A stretch of 64,000 nt of DNA from Candidatus Zhuqueibacterota bacterium (GTDB taxonomy: Bacteria > Zhuqueibacterota > Zhuqueibacteria > Thermofontimicrobiales > Thermofontimicrobiaceae), in assembly GCA_049322915.1 (NCBI GenBank), contig JBMOPW010000029.1, positions 1 through 64,000 of the forward strand, in the 5' to 3' direction. A program made the position numbers and the translations under genes. The first letter of the stretch is position 1. Each line of letters starts with the position of its first letter. The notes under the pieces are model-generated. The model was not told the origin of the DNA and did not search any database. It worked only from the letters and a program-made list of their open reading frames with translations. Positions 42,485-51,344 of this stretch are shown one piece after another.

Positions 42485-43384
42485 TCATTCGGCGGCGACC
42501 GTATTTTCCAGCTTGCCCAGGCCATCGATTTCGCCGACAACCACGTCCCCGGGCATTAACTCCGACACTCCTTCCGGCGTGCCGGTGGCGATGATGTCGC
42601 CGGGATTCAGCGTCATGTGGCGCGAGATGAAATGGATGATTTCAGGAATCTTATTGATCATCTCCGACGTGCTCGCCTGCTGTCGCACCTCACCATTGAC
42701 GCGCAACGTCAGTCCCAGCGTGTGAGGATTGTCGATGGCTTTGTGCGGAACCAGAAATGGCCCGGTGGGACAGAACGTATCGAAGCTTTTCGAGCGCAGC
42801 CAGGGCTGCTTTTTGGCCGTATCGGATTTTTGCAGCGCGCGCGCCGTGACGTCGTTCAAAATAGTGTAGCCGGCAACGTAATTGTACGCCTTGGATTCTG
42901 CGATATTTTTCCCCTGCTGACCAATGACAATCGCCAGTTCCAGTTCGTGGTCGACCCGTCCGACGTGTTTTGGCAACACAATTGTGCCCTGGTGGGGCAA
43001 CAGCGACGACGGCATTTTGGCGAAGATAATCGGTTCCTCCGGCACGGGATTATTCAACTCATCGGCATGTTTGCGGTAATTGCGCCCCATACAGACGATC
43101 TTCTGTGGCTGAGGAATTGGCACATCGTATTGAATCGGCCCGTTGATTTTCACTGTGTCCAGGCTGCGGAACTCTTTCACCGCCTCGATCACTTCGTTGA
43201 TATCGTCGACATTCATGATGCCGATGGCAATCATCACCTGGATGAAATTCAATTCCGGGTATTTATGCGTTCCCTGAATGTCTTTGTAAATCTCCCACAT
43301 GTACGTGAAATCGCATTTCATGCCATCGATGTCAATTCCGATGCGGACTATTTGGTCTTTGGTCAAATACGAGAACAGTTTCAA
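42485..43384 (-). CDS. Fumarylacetoacetate hydrolase family protein
   Basis: 'GRNYRKH', 'DHELELAIVIG', 'NDVTAR', 'KSFDTFCP', 'GDIIATGTPEGV'; TTG start after GGAGG. Confidence 0.92.
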   Translation of the reverse strand: MKLFSYLTKDQIVRIGIDIDGMKCDFTYMWEIYKDIQGTHKYPELNFIQVMIAIGIMNVDDINEVIEAVKEFRSLDTVKINGPIQYDVPIPQPQKIVCMGRNYRKHADELNNPVPEEPIIFAKMPSSLLPHQGTIVLPKHVGRVDHELELAIVIGQQGKNIAESKAYNYVAGYTILNDVTARALQKSDTAKKQPWLRSKSFDTFCPTGPFLVPHKAIDNPHTLGLTLRVNGEVRQQASTSEMINKIPEIIHFISRHMTLNPGDIIATGTPEGVSELMPGDVVVGEIDGLGKLENTVAAE

Positions 43385-43517
43385 TGGCGCCTCCCTGAAT
43401 CTCTAAGTGCATTGTATCGCCGACACATTGCGGCGTTTCCTTATTCGATTTTTTAGAATGACAGATTCGATGCAGTGTGTGAAGGGTCAGAACCCATTGC
43501 CGCGCTTATTTCCACCT

Positions 43518-43587
43518 GATCGCGCTGGACATTTATCCAGCGCGGGAATGGATTGCGCATCGTTCGGGATGAATATCCCGAACGATC
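43518..43587. repeat. Inverted doublet of related REP-like hairpins
   Basis: CGCGCTGGA-CATTTA-TCCAGCGCG and ATCGTTCGGGAT-GAAT-ATCCCGAACGAT. Confidence 0.6.
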
Positions 43588-43662
43588 GGTGTGCTTCCTC
43601 CCTGCCGGGGCATTGTGACTGACTCACCTCGGACCGAACTCGTGGTATTATGTAATGAACCT

Positions 43663-44958
43663 TTACGGTTTCAATCGTTGGATTGTCCGCGGAAATGGGA
43701 TAGTCTCTCGAATGTGTTTCAAGCCGCAAATCCAGGCGACGGCGCGTTCGATGCCCATGCCAAATCCAGCGTGCGGGACAGAGCCATATTTCCGCACGTC
43801 GAGGTACCAGTCGAACGCCTCGATGGGCAAGTTGTGGCGATTGATTTCTGCTAACAGCAATTCGAGATTATCTTCGCGCTGCCCGCCGCCGATGACTTCG
43901 CCGTACCCTTCCGGCGCAAGGACATCCACGCACAGAGCTTTGCCCGGATCCTGGGGATCTTTTTTCATATAAAACGCTTTCACCGCAGCCGGGTAGCGAT
44001 GCACCATCACCGGGCGATCAAATTTTTCAGAAATCACGGTCTCGTCAGTGCCGCCGAAATCGTTTCCATCCTCGAACGGCACATTCTCCTTTTTGAGAAT
44101 AGCCACGGCTTCATCGTAGCTGATGCGCGGGAATGGTCGTTTCACCGATTCCAGTTTGGAAATGTCCCGCTCCAGAAGCGCCAGTTCTTCGCGGCATTGG
44201 CTCAATGCGCGCGTCACGATGAACTCGATAAATTCCTCGGCAATGTCCATGTCGCCGTTGAGATCGCAGAAAGCCATTTCCGGCTCGATCATCCAGAATT
44301 CCGTGAGATGCCGGCGCGTCTTGGATTTTTCAGCGCGAAACGTGGGCCCGAAACAGTACACCTTTCCGAAAGCCATGGCCGCGGCTTCCATGTACAATTG
44401 ACCGCTCTGGGTGAGATACGCTTTGGAACCGAAATAGTCGGTCTCGAACAACGTCGATGTGCCTTCGCATGCGGCCGGGGTGAAAATGGGGGCGTCAACC
44501 AGGACGAATCCCTTGCCGTCGAAAAAGTCGCGGCAGGCGCGAATGATCGAATGGCGCATGCGCAAAATAGCGTGCTGCCTGGAGGAGCGCAGCCAGAGAT
44601 GCCGATGATCCATCAAAAACGTCGTGCCATGTTCCTTCGGCGTGATCGGGTATTCTTCTGCCTGCTGCACCAATTCCACGTGTTTCACATGAATTTCAAA
44701 CCCGATGGGCGAACGCTTGTCCTCGACCACTTTTCCCGTCACTTTGATGGATGATTCCTGAGTCAGATTTTCGCACATGGCAAAGGTCTTTTCATCCACA
44801 TCATTCTTGCCCACCACAGCCTGTATGGTGCCGGACCCATCGCGGACTTGCAAAAATTGCACTTTGCCGCTCCCCCGTTTATTATAAAGCCACCCGCTAA
44901 TGGTCGCTTCTTTGTCTTTGAATTCTTTGATGCCAGCCACGTATGTTTCGTTCTTCAT
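43663..44958 (-). CDS. asnS: Asparagine--tRNA ligase
   Basis: OB-fold N-terminus; 'YLTQSGQLY', '[21 protein letters not shown]', '[12 protein letters not shown]'. Confidence 0.97.
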   Translation of the reverse strand: MKNETYVAGIKEFKDKEATISGWLYNKRGSGKVQFLQVRDGSGTIQAVVGKNDVDEKTFAMCENLTQESSIKVTGKVVEDKRSPIGFEIHVKHVELVQQAEEYPITPKEHGTTFLMDHRHLWLRSSRQHAILRMRHSIIRACRDFFDGKGFVLVDAPIFTPAACEGTSTLFETDYFGSKAYLTQSGQLYMEAAAMAFGKVYCFGPTFRAEKSKTRRHLTEFWMIEPEMAFCDLNGDMDIAEEFIEFIVTRALSQCREELALLERDISKLESVKRPFPRISYDEAVAILKKENVPFEDGNDFGGTDETVISEKFDRPVMVHRYPAAVKAFYMKKDPQDPGKALCVDVLAPEGYGEVIGGGQREDNLELLLAEINRHNLPIEAFDWYLDVRKYGSVPHAGFGMGIERAVAWICGLKHIRETIPFPRTIQRLKP

Positions 44959-45081
44959 TCCTGATACTCCTCATACAGATAGTTATTCAAGCTACCGGAT
45001 CGCTCCGGAGACAGTTCAGATTTCTTCAGATCGTTGTTATTCATTCTCTGACAGCATTACATTTTTCCCGTGAACCACGGA

Positions 45082-46107
45082 TCAACCGAATCGCTCCTCT
45101 TTCGGGCCTCGCGTCATCAACTCGTTCAGGGCGTCACGGGCATTTTTATTTTGAAAAAGCACCTGATACGTCTGGTTAGTAATGGGCATTTCCACGTTGT
45201 ATTTCTTGCTCAATTCATAGGCGGATCGGGTTGTCTTCACACCTTCGGCCACCATCACCATCTCCTTCAAAATATCGTCCAGCTTTCGGCCTTTGCCAAT
45301 CTGCTCGCCGACGTAGCGATTGCGGCTGTGCTTGCTCATGCAAGTGACGATGAGATCGCCCATGCCAGAGAGACCGGCAAATGTCTCCTGGTTCGCGCCC
45401 ATGGCAACGCCCAATCGAACGATCTCCACCAGTCCGCGAGGCTGTAGCGCCGCTTTGGTGTTATCGCCGAATCCGGCGCCGTCGCAAATACCGGCCGCAA
45501 TGGCGATGATGTTCTTCAATGCGCCGCCCAGCTCAACGCCGACAATGTCCTGATTGGTGTAAACGCGGAAATAGCGATTCATAAAAACTGATTGCACGAA
45601 TTCGGCTGTCTGAAGATTGGGACACGCCGACACAATCGCTGTCGGTATTTTTCGACTCACTTCTTCCGCATGGCTCGGGCCGGACAGCGTGACGACTTTT
45701 TCCTCTTCAGCCCAACTCACATTTTCCAGAATCACCCGGGACATGCGCAGCAATGACTCGTTTTCCACGCCTTTGGCCACATTGACCAGGACTGTATGGC
45801 CCAGGCCGGACAAGCGATCCAACCGTTTGCTGACTTCTCTGACAACGTGGGACGGCACTGCAACAACAATGATGTCTTTCCCGACGCAGGCAGCGTCAAA
45901 ATGATTGGTGACAGAAATTGCTTCGGGCAGAACAATACCCGGCAAGAACTCGCCGGCGTCCCGCGTCCGATGCAACTTCTCCGCGGCCTCGGGACGAAAT
46001 TCCCACAGATCAACCGTGTGGCCATTTCCCTCCAGCACCATCGCCAACGCCATACCCCAACTGCCGGCGCCAAGCACGGCGATCCTGTACGTTTTTTCGT
46101 TCATCAC
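45082..46107 (-). CDS. gpsA: NAD(P)H-dependent glycerol-3-phosphate dehydrogenase
   Basis: 'GAGSWG', 'SGPSHAEEV', 'GGALKNIIAIAAG', 'GDLIVTC..SRN'. Confidence 0.97.
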   Translation of the reverse strand: MMNEKTYRIAVLGAGSWGMALAMVLEGNGHTVDLWEFRPEAAEKLHRTRDAGEFLPGIVLPEAISVTNHFDAACVGKDIIVVAVPSHVVREVSKRLDRLSGLGHTVLVNVAKGVENESLLRMSRVILENVSWAEEEKVVTLSGPSHAEEVSRKIPTAIVSACPNLQTAEFVQSVFMNRYFRVYTNQDIVGVELGGALKNIIAIAAGICDGAGFGDNTKAALQPRGLVEIVRLGVAMGANQETFAGLSGMGDLIVTCMSKHSRNRYVGEQIGKGRKLDDILKEMVMVAEGVKTTRSAYELSKKYNVEMPITNQTYQVLFQNKNARDALNELMTRGPKEERFG

Positions 46108-47108
46108 GCGACCTCGCCGACGATAATGGGTTGCTGATTTTGTTGCTTTAAAATATCCACTGCTTTGTGGACGGCATAGCGATCGATGATGAAAATATAC
46201 CCAACGCCCATGTTAAAAACGCGTCGCATTTCTTCTTCATCGACCTTGCCCAATTGCTGGATCATCTGGAAAATTTCCGGCGCCTGCCAGCTCTCCCAAT
46301 CGATATTCACATGCAACGTTTTGGGCAGAACGCGCCGTGTGTTTCCCACGATGCCGCCGCCGGTAATGTGGGACATTCCGTGCAGATACGGCTCGTGCCG
46401 CATGGCCAGAATGGATTCACGGTAGCTGCGATGAACGCGCAACAATTCCGCGCCCAACGGTGTCCCGAATTCCTCGATATAATCATCCACTGTGTAGTGG
46501 TGCAGCTCAAAGAAAACCTTGCGGACGAGCGAGTAGCCATTGGTGTGCAAGCCGTTGGAAGGCAGTCCCACCAGAATATCGCCCTTTTGGACAGTCGTTC
46601 CATCGATGATTTTCTGTCCGTCAACTAACCCGACAATCGTCCCGGAAATATCGTACTCGCCAGCCTGGTAAAAATCGGGCATTTCAGCCGTCTCCCCGCC
46701 GACAAGCGCGCAGCCGTTATTTTTGCAGCCACGGGCCATGCCTTCGATGATTTGCGTGACAACGTCGCCTTTCAATTTGGAGACAGCCAGATAATCGAGG
46801 AAAAACAGGGGCTCTGCCCCGGAGGTCATGATATCATTCACGCAGTGGTTCACCAGGTCCTCGCCCACGGTGTTGTGAATGCCGGTCATGAACGCAATTT
46901 TCAGTTTGCTGCCAACACCGTCCACGCTCGAAACGAGAATGGGGTCTTGCAGCGTTTCCGTTTTGATGCGATAAAAGGATCCGAACAGACCGATGTCGCG
47001 CACGACATTTTCATTGAACGTCTGTTTGGCCAGCCGGGCAATGTCTTTCACACTTTCGTCGCCGGCGGAAATATCAACGCCGGCGTCTTTGTAGGTTATT
47101 CCTGCCAT
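46104..47108 (-). CDS. purM: Phosphoribosylformylglycinamidine cyclo-ligase (AIR synthetase)
   Basis: 'TYKDAGVD', 'DGVGSK', 'GGETAEMP', 'GLHTNGYSL', 'HITGGG', 'VFNMG'. Confidence 0.97.
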   Translation of the reverse strand: MAGITYKDAGVDISAGDESVKDIARLAKQTFNENVVRDIGLFGSFYRIKTETLQDPILVSSVDGVGSKLKIAFMTGIHNTVGEDLVNHCVNDIMTSGAEPLFFLDYLAVSKLKGDVVTQIIEGMARGCKNNGCALVGGETAEMPDFYQAGEYDISGTIVGLVDGQKIIDGTTVQKGDILVGLPSNGLHTNGYSLVRKVFFELHHYTVDDYIEEFGTPLGAELLRVHRSYRESILAMRHEPYLHGMSHITGGGIVGNTRRVLPKTLHVNIDWESWQAPEIFQMIQQLGKVDEEEMRRVFNMGVGYIFIIDRYAVHKAVDILKQQNQQPIIVGEVA

Positions 47109-47145
47109 TTATCTCAACTCACTCCATGTTCGTGTGTATTGGGAA

Positions 47146-47688
47146 TTATTCGTTGCCTTGAATCATGCATTCATATTCTTTCATGTAGATTTTTCTCAAT
47201 CGCGCTAAAAATTCAATGATCACCATTTCGCGGTAATCGGGATAGGTCCAATCGTTGACCAAAAATTTCCCATGCCGATAGCGCAGATGAATATCGCCGT
47301 AAATGCCCTTGCCCAAATACACCCGGTGATCGAAATTCTTGGTCGTCGCCAGCACCACTTTCGCGCCGGTCAAATAGCCGGGATCAATATTGACGGATCG
47401 TTTCCCGTCAACAGTAAAATCCGCTTCGATGGCGTTTGTCCTTAATTTAATGTCCGCCAGTGTATCTTTCGCGATCAGGATTTTGAAACCCAGTAATTGC
47501 TTCCTGAGATTGAAGCCCATTTCATGGGAGTAGTATTGCGTATAAATGAACTCGAATACCGCCGACTGGATTTCAATCGGCCCGAACTCCTGTTCCAGCA
47601 CCGGCTTGAGTTTCTCGTACGTCTCGTCATCGCGAAATGTGATTGCGGCGAACAGCTTTACATCGACCGCTAATTTTGGTTGTCCCAT
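47146..47688 (-). CDS. DUF4416 family protein
   Basis: 'TQYYSHEMG', 'RSVNIDPGY..VVLATTKNFDHRVYLGKGIY', 'WTYPDY'. Confidence 0.85.
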   Translation of the reverse strand: MGQPKLAVDVKLFAAITFRDDETYEKLKPVLEQEFGPIEIQSAVFEFIYTQYYSHEMGFNLRKQLLGFKILIAKDTLADIKLRTNAIEADFTVDGKRSVNIDPGYLTGAKVVLATTKNFDHRVYLGKGIYGDIHLRYRHGKFLVNDWTYPDYREMVIIEFLARLRKIYMKEYECMIQGNE

Positions 47689-47734
47689 GAAAAATAACCA
47701 GCTAAACCATAAAGGTATATTTGATAAACATCTT

Positions 47735-47762
47735 AAGATAGCAATAAATTTATAAATGTCAA
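47735..47762 (-). promoter_or_regulatory. Putative sigma70 promoter for the DUF4416-purM-gpsA-asnS run
   Basis: Minus strand TTGACA-N16-TATCTT. Confidence 0.5.
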
Positions 47763-47873
47763 GCAAAAAATCAGTACTCACCGCGTTCGATTTCCACGCG
47801 AAATACCCTGTGCGGCTGGCATCACCGGCGTAACTTCCCCGGCGAAAGGCTGTCAAAAATCAGAAGTTTTTTC

Positions 47874-47903
47874 TTGACTTTAACTGAAAATATCTTATAT
47901 TAT
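47874..47903 (+). promoter_or_regulatory. Putative sigma70 promoter of tRNA-Leu
   Basis: TTGACT (47874) with TATATT/TATTAT at 16/18-bp spacing, about 10 nt before the tRNA. Confidence 0.6.
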
Positions 47904-47912
47904 AGCGCAATT

Positions 47913-47996
47913 GCCGAGGTGGTGAAATTGGTAGACGCACTGGACTCAAAATCCAGCGTTCGTAAGAACATGCGGGTTCGATTCCCGCCCTCGGCA
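47913..47996 (+). tRNA. tRNA-Leu (CAA)
   Basis: Acceptor GCCGAGG/CCTCGGC-A; D-loop TTGGTAGAC; anticodon arm CTGGA-CTCAAAA-TCCAG; long variable arm; GGTTCGATTCCC; CCA not encoded. Confidence 0.97.
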
Positions 47997-48009
47997 CACA
48001 TTGATAATC

Positions 48010-48042
48010 AAGGACTTAGATATTTTTCTGAGTCCTTTTTTT
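48010..48042 (+). terminator. Intrinsic terminator after tRNA-Leu
   Basis: AAGGACTTAGA/TCTGAGTCCTT stem followed by a T-run. Confidence 0.7.
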
Positions 48043-48267
48043 ATCTTCATTTTCCAAAAATATTTACCCCAATTCAACTCATTTTAACAGATTTTCTCTC
48101 TTCTTTGTCACGTCTGCGTCACGTGCCAATGCTTGTTGGTCATCATTCATTTCAAATAAAAATTAAAAAAACTCTTGACAACCGGAACGGAAATTGCCTA
48201 TTAGTTCATTTGACCTGTACTCAAAAATTTAGTATATTACGGGTAGTAAACATAGGAGGACAGGTCA

Positions 48268-49083
48268 TTGAAAGCACGAAGCAATTTACTCAATCGCCTT
48301 CGGGCGAAAACATTTGAAGCACTGTTCATTGTCAAATTAACCAAAGACTATTGCCTATCCCCAGTTGAAGCATCCACGCTAACCAGGGATGTTCAGCAGT
48401 TTATCGACACCAATGCCGACGCCATTGTTCAGGAAGGCGAAATCTTTTTTACGGCTGTTCTCAATAACGAACTGGCCGGCAAGCCCCTGAAGCAATGTCG
48501 CACCCAACGGATAAAGCTCTGTGTCTATCCGCCCGAATTGGTTGAGTTATCGTATCAAGACTTGAAACAGTTCCATTTCATCATGGTCTCTCGTCTCGCT
48601 TGGCAGGCACTTGGTCAGGGCTGCTGCCTCAGTCAGGAAGACCTGGCCCGACTGGTTCATTGCAGCGTCAGCACCATCAGACGGATCGTCAAACAGTATC
48701 GCCACCTGGAACAATGCCTGCCGACGCGTGGCAATCATTGCGATATTGGCCCGGGGATTTCTCATAAGGCCGAAGCGATTCGGCGTTATCTAAAAGGCGC
48801 CACGGTCTCGGAAATTGCCATGACTATGGCGCATCATCCGCATTCCATCGAACGGTATTTGGATGATTTCTGCATGGTCGTCTCAGGGTATGCCACGGAT
48901 CACTTCTCGGTCACCAGGTTATGCCGCACTTTGAAATTGAGCGAAAAACTGGTCACCGAATATATCGAATTGTACCACCGTTTCCAAAAAGATCCAGACT
49001 GCCAATTCCGATTGGACCAGCTATTAACCCGAATTGATGCGCTATTTAATCGCACCCAAAAAAACAATCGGAGGCTGCCATGA
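48268..49083 (+). CDS. DUF1670-like multi-HTH protein A
   Basis: 'QALGQGCCLSQEDLARLVHCSVSTIRR..LPTRG..DIGPGISHK..EIA..H..SIERY'; AGGAGG RBS, TTG start. Confidence 0.8.
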   Translation: MKARSNLLNRLRAKTFEALFIVKLTKDYCLSPVEASTLTRDVQQFIDTNADAIVQEGEIFFTAVLNNELAGKPLKQCRTQRIKLCVYPPELVELSYQDLKQFHFIMVSRLAWQALGQGCCLSQEDLARLVHCSVSTIRRIVKQYRHLEQCLPTRGNHCDIGPGISHKAEAIRRYLKGATVSEIAMTMAHHPHSIERYLDDFCMVVSGYATDHFSVTRLCRTLKLSEKLVTEYIELYHRFQKDPDCQFRLDQLLTRIDALFNRTQKNNRRLP

Positions 49084-49865
49084 CAACGACACCAGCAACG
49101 CGAAGCATGGCCAAATCCCTGTATGGCCCCAGTCAGCAAAAGACGCTGCATAATCTGCTCAAACGAGAATTGGTGTTGAATTTCGGTTTTGAGAACAAGT
49201 TGAAAATTGCCGACGTATTGATCGATTCCCTGTTGGAAATAGTTGACACTTATGGCAAAGATAAGCAAAAGATTCAACCCTATCAAACGGTGTGGCCAGC
49301 GGTGGCCAAAGACGATTTCCCAGGTTATGGCAAGACCATGGCCGACACCCACTATATACCCGTGGTTTTAACCCTGTGGACGCCCGATGAATTGGAGCAA
49401 TTGGCCAATGGGCAAAATCCGAAATCTTTGACGCCGCAACGCATTGCCCGATTTTTCAAGCAGGCATTCGAACAGGGCGCGGTGCTGTCCAGTATCGATG
49501 TCGGATTGATTTTGAATTATTCTCCATCGCGAGTCAGTCAACTGCGCCAACATTGGGAGAAAGATCACCAGGAAACCTTGCCATCCAGGGGCAGCTACCA
49601 CGATTTGGGGCGGACGTTTACTCATAAACAGCAAATCGTTGCCTATCATCTTGAGGGCTTGATGCCATCAGAAATCGCCCGTAAAACAGATCATGATCCT
49701 GCCTGTGTGGATCGCTATATCAGAGATTTTGAAAGAACAGTCCCATTCTTCGAAGAAGGTCAACCCATTGCCAAGATTGCCTTCTACACGCGGCTGAGTG
49801 AATCGTTGATAAAAGAATACCGAAAAATTTATGAACAAACAATTGGCTGCTATAAAAAGACATAG
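49080..49865 (+). CDS. DUF1670-like multi-HTH protein B
   Basis: 'QAFEQGAVLSSIDVG..LPSRG..DLGRTFTHK..EIARKTDH..VDRY'; ATGA overlap with A. Confidence 0.8.
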   Translation: MTTTPATRSMAKSLYGPSQQKTLHNLLKRELVLNFGFENKLKIADVLIDSLLEIVDTYGKDKQKIQPYQTVWPAVAKDDFPGYGKTMADTHYIPVVLTLWTPDELEQLANGQNPKSLTPQRIARFFKQAFEQGAVLSSIDVGLILNYSPSRVSQLRQHWEKDHQETLPSRGSYHDLGRTFTHKQQIVAYHLEGLMPSEIARKTDHDPACVDRYIRDFERTVPFFEEGQPIAKIAFYTRLSESLIKEYRKIYEQTIGCYKKT

Positions 49866-49902
49866 TTTCTGATAATTCCTTTTGAGTAGGGGTCAATTGA
49901 TA

Positions 49903-50099
49903 CTATTCATACTTTGGTAAAAATGAGTTAAGTTGTGAAAAAAAGGTTTTACCTGATAGCATTGGTTACCTCCTCAATTGGTGTGAAGGTAATATAATGC
50001 TATAATTGGAAAATATATACAAAAATGTAGAAATAGCTTGTGATGCCCTATTTTAGCGGACATCCCGAGCGTCATTCAATAAACAACGGGACACTAGTG
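49903..50099 (-). mobile_element. 5' remnant of an IS4-family (DUF4372-type) insertion sequence
   Basis: Minus strand CACTAGTGTCCCGTT end-like sequence from 50099; GAGGAGG RBS; ATG 49962 encodes MLSGKTFFSQLNSFLPKYE then TAG, resembling the DUF4372 transposase N-terminus. Confidence 0.6.
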
Positions 50100-50117
50100 A
50101 ATTCTTAATTGTCGCTG

Positions 50118-51302
50118 TCAGGAGCTTTCATTCAAAATTTGTTCAAAATTCTCAAGAAAATCATCGATCTGCTTTTTCGATATGATTAGCGGTGGATCGA
50201 TTCGAAATACATTCAAGCCCGGACGGCGGGCAATGATGTAACCTCGCCGAATGCATTTTTGATATAAAGTATCCATGAATTCGTTCGAAGTCGTTTCCTG
50301 AAATTCAATCGCGATCATCAATCCTCGGCCGCGGATTTCTTTAATAAACTGGTAGCTATTTTTTAGCTGGAATAACCGCTCCAGAAAATAGGCGCCGATC
50401 TGGTTGCACTTTTCGATAAGATTTTGTTCCTTCAGGACGGTAATGACCTGCTTCGCCACCGCACTTCCCAGCGGATCGTTCTGATGCGATTGATGATAAT
50501 GAAACGAAATCTGATCCAAAATAGCGATGATCTCCCGGGACATGGCAATCGCACTTACGGGAAAGCCGTTGCCCAGTCCCTTACCGATGGAAACAATATC
50601 CGGATGCATGTCATAATGTTGAAATCCGAACCATTTCCCGGTTCGCCCCATCCCGGTGGTAATCTCATTAATCTGGATGAAACCAGAATGCTGTTTGATT
50701 AGTTTTGAAATATTTTGAATCAATGATTTTGGAGGAAATCTGACCAATCCCGATGAGCTGCCAGGCTCAAACACAAAGCCGCCTATTTTTTCGAACGGAA
50801 TTGTTGATAAATGCAGGCAGCCTGGATCACAATCATCTAAATTCGGACAGGTGGCACAATCCCGCCAATCAAACAGATGCCATTCGTCCTGGCTTCTATT
50901 TCCCGCCGAACCGTATGATCCCAGGAAAGAATCAGATAGGGTAAACAGCAAGGGTTTGTTGGAAACGTTCCTCAAAACCTACACGCCAAACTCAACCGCT
51001 TCACTTCCTGAACAGAGCAAGACGCACTTGCCATTCCAAAATCCCAAAACATCGAGAATTTCTGTGGCGGCTTCTTCTATGATTGGATTCGTATAGCAGT
51101 AACCGGTATGGATGATTTTATCGATTTGTGTTTTAATGGTATGATTTATTTGGGAGTGACAATGACCCAGTGAAGTACACCAGATCCCCGATTCCATATC
51201 AAGATACTGCTTTCCATTCGAATCAAAGAGATAACAACCTTCGGCTTTTTTAATATTGGGCAGGATTAGTTTGTGCCCAATACACCAGCGTACATGATCC
51301 AT
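50118..51302 (-). pseudogene. Class-III PLP aminotransferase interrupted by in-frame TAG
   Basis: 'YLDMESGIWCTSLGH..CSGSEAVEFGV*VLRN..NEITTGMGRTG..PDIVSIGKGLGNG..RGRGLM'; stop at 50979-50981, both halves in one frame. Confidence 0.8.
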
Positions 51303-51344
51303 TTCAGCTCCGAATCCCTGTTAAAAACTTTACCTTGTTATTTT

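Larger units (their letters stand above)
48202..49905 (+). mobile_element. Candidate IS-like element: DUF1670 gene pair bounded by inverted repeats
   Basis: Left TAGTTCATTTGACCTGTACTCAAAA (48202-48226) versus right-end reverse complement TAGTATCAATTGACCCCTACTCAAAA (49880-49905); two coupled ORFs fill the interval. Confidence 0.65.

Noticed and set aside
42617..44754. Long antisense ORFs (279 and 251 aa), and similar ones elsewhere
   Set aside because: Shadows of well-supported genes on the opposite strand, with no motifs of their own.
48160..48200. 'VKSF' on the minus strand as the continuation of the IS4 transposase on the left flank
   Set aside because: Only four residues, with spacing that does not fit; likely chance.
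47874..48317. 147-aa ORF
   Set aside because: Overlaps tRNA-Leu, its promoter and its terminator; spurious.
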